A DNA stretch of 64,000 bases. It comes from an uncultured Methanosarcinales archaeon. Lineage in GTDB: Archaea; Nanobdellota; Nanobdellia; Woesearchaeales; UBA583. Where the stretch lies: contig CAZULG010000002.1 in assembly GCA_964621065.1 (NCBI GenBank), forward strand, positions 61,878 through 125,877, given 5' to 3'. A program made the position numbers and the translations under genes. Shown here in pieces: positions 62,471 through 64,000 of this stretch (within the stretch, counting starts at the first letter, position 1; each line of letters opens with the position of its first letter). The notes beneath the pieces are model-generated. The model made no database searches and was not told the origin of the DNA. It saw only the letters and a program-made list of their open reading frames with translations.

Positions 62471-62630
62471 CAAGGAATAATTGCAGCAGCAGAAGGAAGC
62501 GTTGCAGCGTATTCAGCGTTCGAGTATTTGCAAAATTTAGAAGATAATTCATGAGATAATAAATAAAGAGCTTGAGCATAGCGAAACTCTTCTCGCAGGT
62601 GTTAGGAATGAAATCATCAGCTTTGCAGAG
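62471..62630 (+). repeat. Tandem duplication unit 2 (start-less copy of the trxB C-terminal coding end plus downstream element)
   Basis: Same register as unit 1. It still encodes ..GIIAAAEGSVAAYSAFEYLQNLEDNS* and diverges in the last ~35 nt. Confidence 0.9.
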
Positions 62631-62668
62631 ATTCAAGACGAATGAAATGAGTGTCTTAAACTCCTTAT
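62566..62668 (+). ncRNA. Repeated structured element, long form (copy 2, partly degraded stem)
   Basis: GAGCATAGCGAAACTCTTCTCGCAGG, then arm GTTAGGAAT, core GAAATCATCAGCTTTGCAGAGATTCAAGACGAATGAAATGAGTGTCTTAA, and arm ACTCCTTAT. The ncRNA label is a hypothesis. Confidence 0.35.
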
Positions 62669-62731
62669 TTAGTGTGTTTTGCAGAAGCATGAAGATAAAT
62701 AATTTTTTTGTTCTTTATGTAGGAATTATGA

Positions 62732-63085
62732 TTATTTTTCTGTTCTTATCTTATTATAAGTAAAGTGACCTAAACTCAATAACAAGTAAATTATTATAGT
62801 TGGTAATATTATCTTTAATATTATACTCTTTGAGGATTCAATGTAATATTCATCTGAAGAGCAGACATAGTTACAAGACAGAAGAATAGAAGTTGAAGGC
62901 TTGTAATTATCAGAGTCAGATGTGTTTGAATTTGAATTGTTTACTTCACAAATAGGTGGAAGTATCTCAGGGCAAGGAATGGCTGACAAAAAAATATAAT
63001 AATATATAACCATGACTAAAATAGAAATAATGATTTTAAATTTAGTTGGTCCTAGACAATCTTTCAAACTCATATATGATTTCAC
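62732..63085 (-). CDS. Small two-TM Cys-rich hypothetical protein
   Basis: 117-aa ORF with hydrophobic segments at both ends and a Cys/Ser/Asn-rich middle. No motif recognised. Confidence 0.35.
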   Translation of the reverse strand: MKSYMSLKDCLGPTKFKIIISILVMVIYYYIFLSAIPCPEILPPICEVNNSNSNTSDSDNYKPSTSILLSCNYVCSSDEYYIESSKSIILKIILPTIIIYLLLSLGHFTYNKIRTEK

Positions 63086-63234
63086 AATTCAAACTATTTA
63101 AATCTTATTATTTAATTTTTCTATTTTTTCTAATTTGAATTTACTACTTTTTCTCAGTGCTATAATTTTATAACACATGGCTCAACACCTTTACTCATCA
63201 GTTGAAGTGAAAGAGCACTTCAACGTTGAAAAAA

Positions 63235-63444
63235 ATGGGAATTGAAAATTTAATATCACCCGAAAAAATAATTAGAGAGACATTAGGAGGGAGTCCTTTT
63301 GAACAGGGATATCAAGCTTCACCTAGCCAAAGAGTACCTGATGCTGCAAAGTTACATGATGGAGAAGGCAATTATGTCGCAAGAGTCAGGAGAAAAAGTA
63401 CTTCTAGTCCTGAACTTTTATATAAAGATCACGCAAGCATATAG
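63235..63444 (+). CDS. Hypothetical small protein
   Basis: ORF only. I prefer ATG at 63235 to the TTG at 63226 used by the track. Confidence 0.3.
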   Translation: MGIENLISPEKIIRETLGGSPFEQGYQASPSQRVPDAAKLHDGEGNYVARVRRKSTSSPELLYKDHASI

Positions 63445-63585
63445 ATTTAAAATTATATTTTTACAAATATAATGTTTTAATAGGAATATTATGTAGAAAC
63501 TAAACAAAAATATATTCTAGTGCAAAGCACTAATCAAACGATAAGCAAGATTTTATTTTAAATTTTTATGATTACTTTCTCAAGA

Positions 63586-63737
63586 GATTGAGCGCAAGCG
63601 AATGTCTAATATTTGCAAAATATTCAATGAACGAATGAAATGAGTGGCTTTTACTTTTCACAGGTCAGCAGGAGTGAAATCATCAGCTTTGCTAAGATTC
63701 AAGAACGAAATAAATTGAAGTGTCTCGAACTCCTGCT
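63586..63737 (+). ncRNA. Repeated structured element, long form (copy 3, perfect 9-bp stem)
   Basis: GAGCGCAAGCGAA..ACGAATGAAATGAGTGGCTTTTACTTTTCACAGG, then arm AGCAGGAGT (63667-63675), core GAAATCATCAGCTTTGCTAAGATTCAAGAACGAAATAAATTGAAGTGTCTCGA, and arm ACTCCTGCT (63729-63737). Confidence 0.4.
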
Positions 63738-63788
63738 AGTCGAATAATAAGCAAAAATGTATTCTACATTTTTTTACACTTTGATTTT

Positions 63789-64000
63789 TCAATCAAAGAG
63801 TTCCATTAAATCTTCCCACTCCAATCGTTTAATAAACCCATTATCCTCACTCACTAAATTCTCAAATAAATTTCCTTTTGCCTCTTGCAAATTTAATATT
63901 TTCTCTTCAATCGAGTTTCTCGTAATAAATTTGTATACATTCACACTACGTTTTTGACCAATTCTGTGTGCTCGATCAATTGCTTGCTTCTCAGCCATCG
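63789..64000 (-). CDS. SNF2-family helicase, C-terminal end only (gene continues beyond the window)
   Basis: Helicase motif VI region [30 protein letters not shown]. Confidence 0.75.
   Translation of the reverse strand, partial: MAEKQAIDRAHRIGQKRSVNVYKFITRNSIEEKILNLQEAKGNLFENLVSEDNGFIKRLEWEDLMELFD

Noticed and set aside
62311-62630. Diversity-generating retroelement template/variable repeat pair
   Set aside because: The two copies differ at only a handful of positions, which are not adenine-specific. The target is a housekeeping trxB end rather than a C-type-lectin-fold variable protein. No reverse transcriptase is in the window.
62600-63737. Hammerhead ribozyme or C/D-box RNA on the minus strand of the hairpin elements
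   Set aside because: The minus strand contains CUGAUGA (reverse complement of TCATCAG). However, the following helix is not succeeded by the obligatory GAAA before a stem III, and no CUGA D-box follows at guide-length spacing. The G.T pairs in the stems also favour the plus strand.
1-64000. CRISPR arrays, rRNA genes, integrases, reverse transcriptases and intact transposases
   Set aside because: I scanned intergenic regions for regularly spaced direct repeats and the ORF set for the corresponding catalytic motifs, and found none. The only periodic repeats are the intragenic coiled-coil repeats and the trxB tandem duplication.

Overview
AT-rich (about 30% G+C by eye) archaeal chromosome segment. 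Gene content and scrambled operon order fit a small-genome DPANN-type archaeon: split rpoB and rpoA, rpoH, archaeal-only r-proteins eS27 and eS31, a tRNA with a bulge-helix-bulge intron, and TTTATAAA boxes about 27 nt upstream of start codons. Left to right: partial guaC, NUDIX, a pore-less voltage-sensor protein, a glycogen-debranching-type glucosidase, a GTPase pair and an AI-2E transporter (1-7.3 kb). A ~12 kb surface-glycan island follows (8.2-20.6 kb) with a Wzx-like flippase, five GT4, one GT2, two sulfotransferases and two methyltransferases; it is interrupted by decayed RelE/ParE-type toxin-antitoxin cassettes. Then come tRNA-Tyr(intron)/Asp/Lys and rpoH-B''-B'-A'-A'' (20.6-28.5 kb), followed by housekeeping and envelope genes (CorC/CNNM, GATase, MGMT-like, transglutaminase-like exoprotein, MBF1-like, MscS, a Tat-signal protein, ilvE). 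A reduced S13-S4-S11-rpoD-L13-S9-eS27 cluster, solitary uL15 and uL11+eS31 come next. A five-gene minus-strand operon (TrmB regulator, N-terminally anchored protein, two coiled-coil proteins, ArlD/E-like protein) lies at 42.8-46.7 kb. A decayed accessory patch (transposase fragments, cold-shock gene, broken RHH gene) lies at 48.2-51 kb. A 1631-aa acidic coiled-coil giant with internal near-identical repeats lies at 51.0-55.9 kb. The window ends with a DEAD-box helicase, GluRS, GrpE, trxB with a tandemly duplicated 3' end fused to a repeated hairpin element, and a partial SNF2 helicase. No CRISPR array, rRNA, reverse transcriptase or intact transposase or integrase was seen. The best candidates for something undescribed are the giant coiled-coil protein, the orphan ArlC/D/E-like operon, the covarying hairpin repeat family around trxB, and the stand-alone voltage sensor. 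All family calls come from reading motifs by eye; no searches were run.
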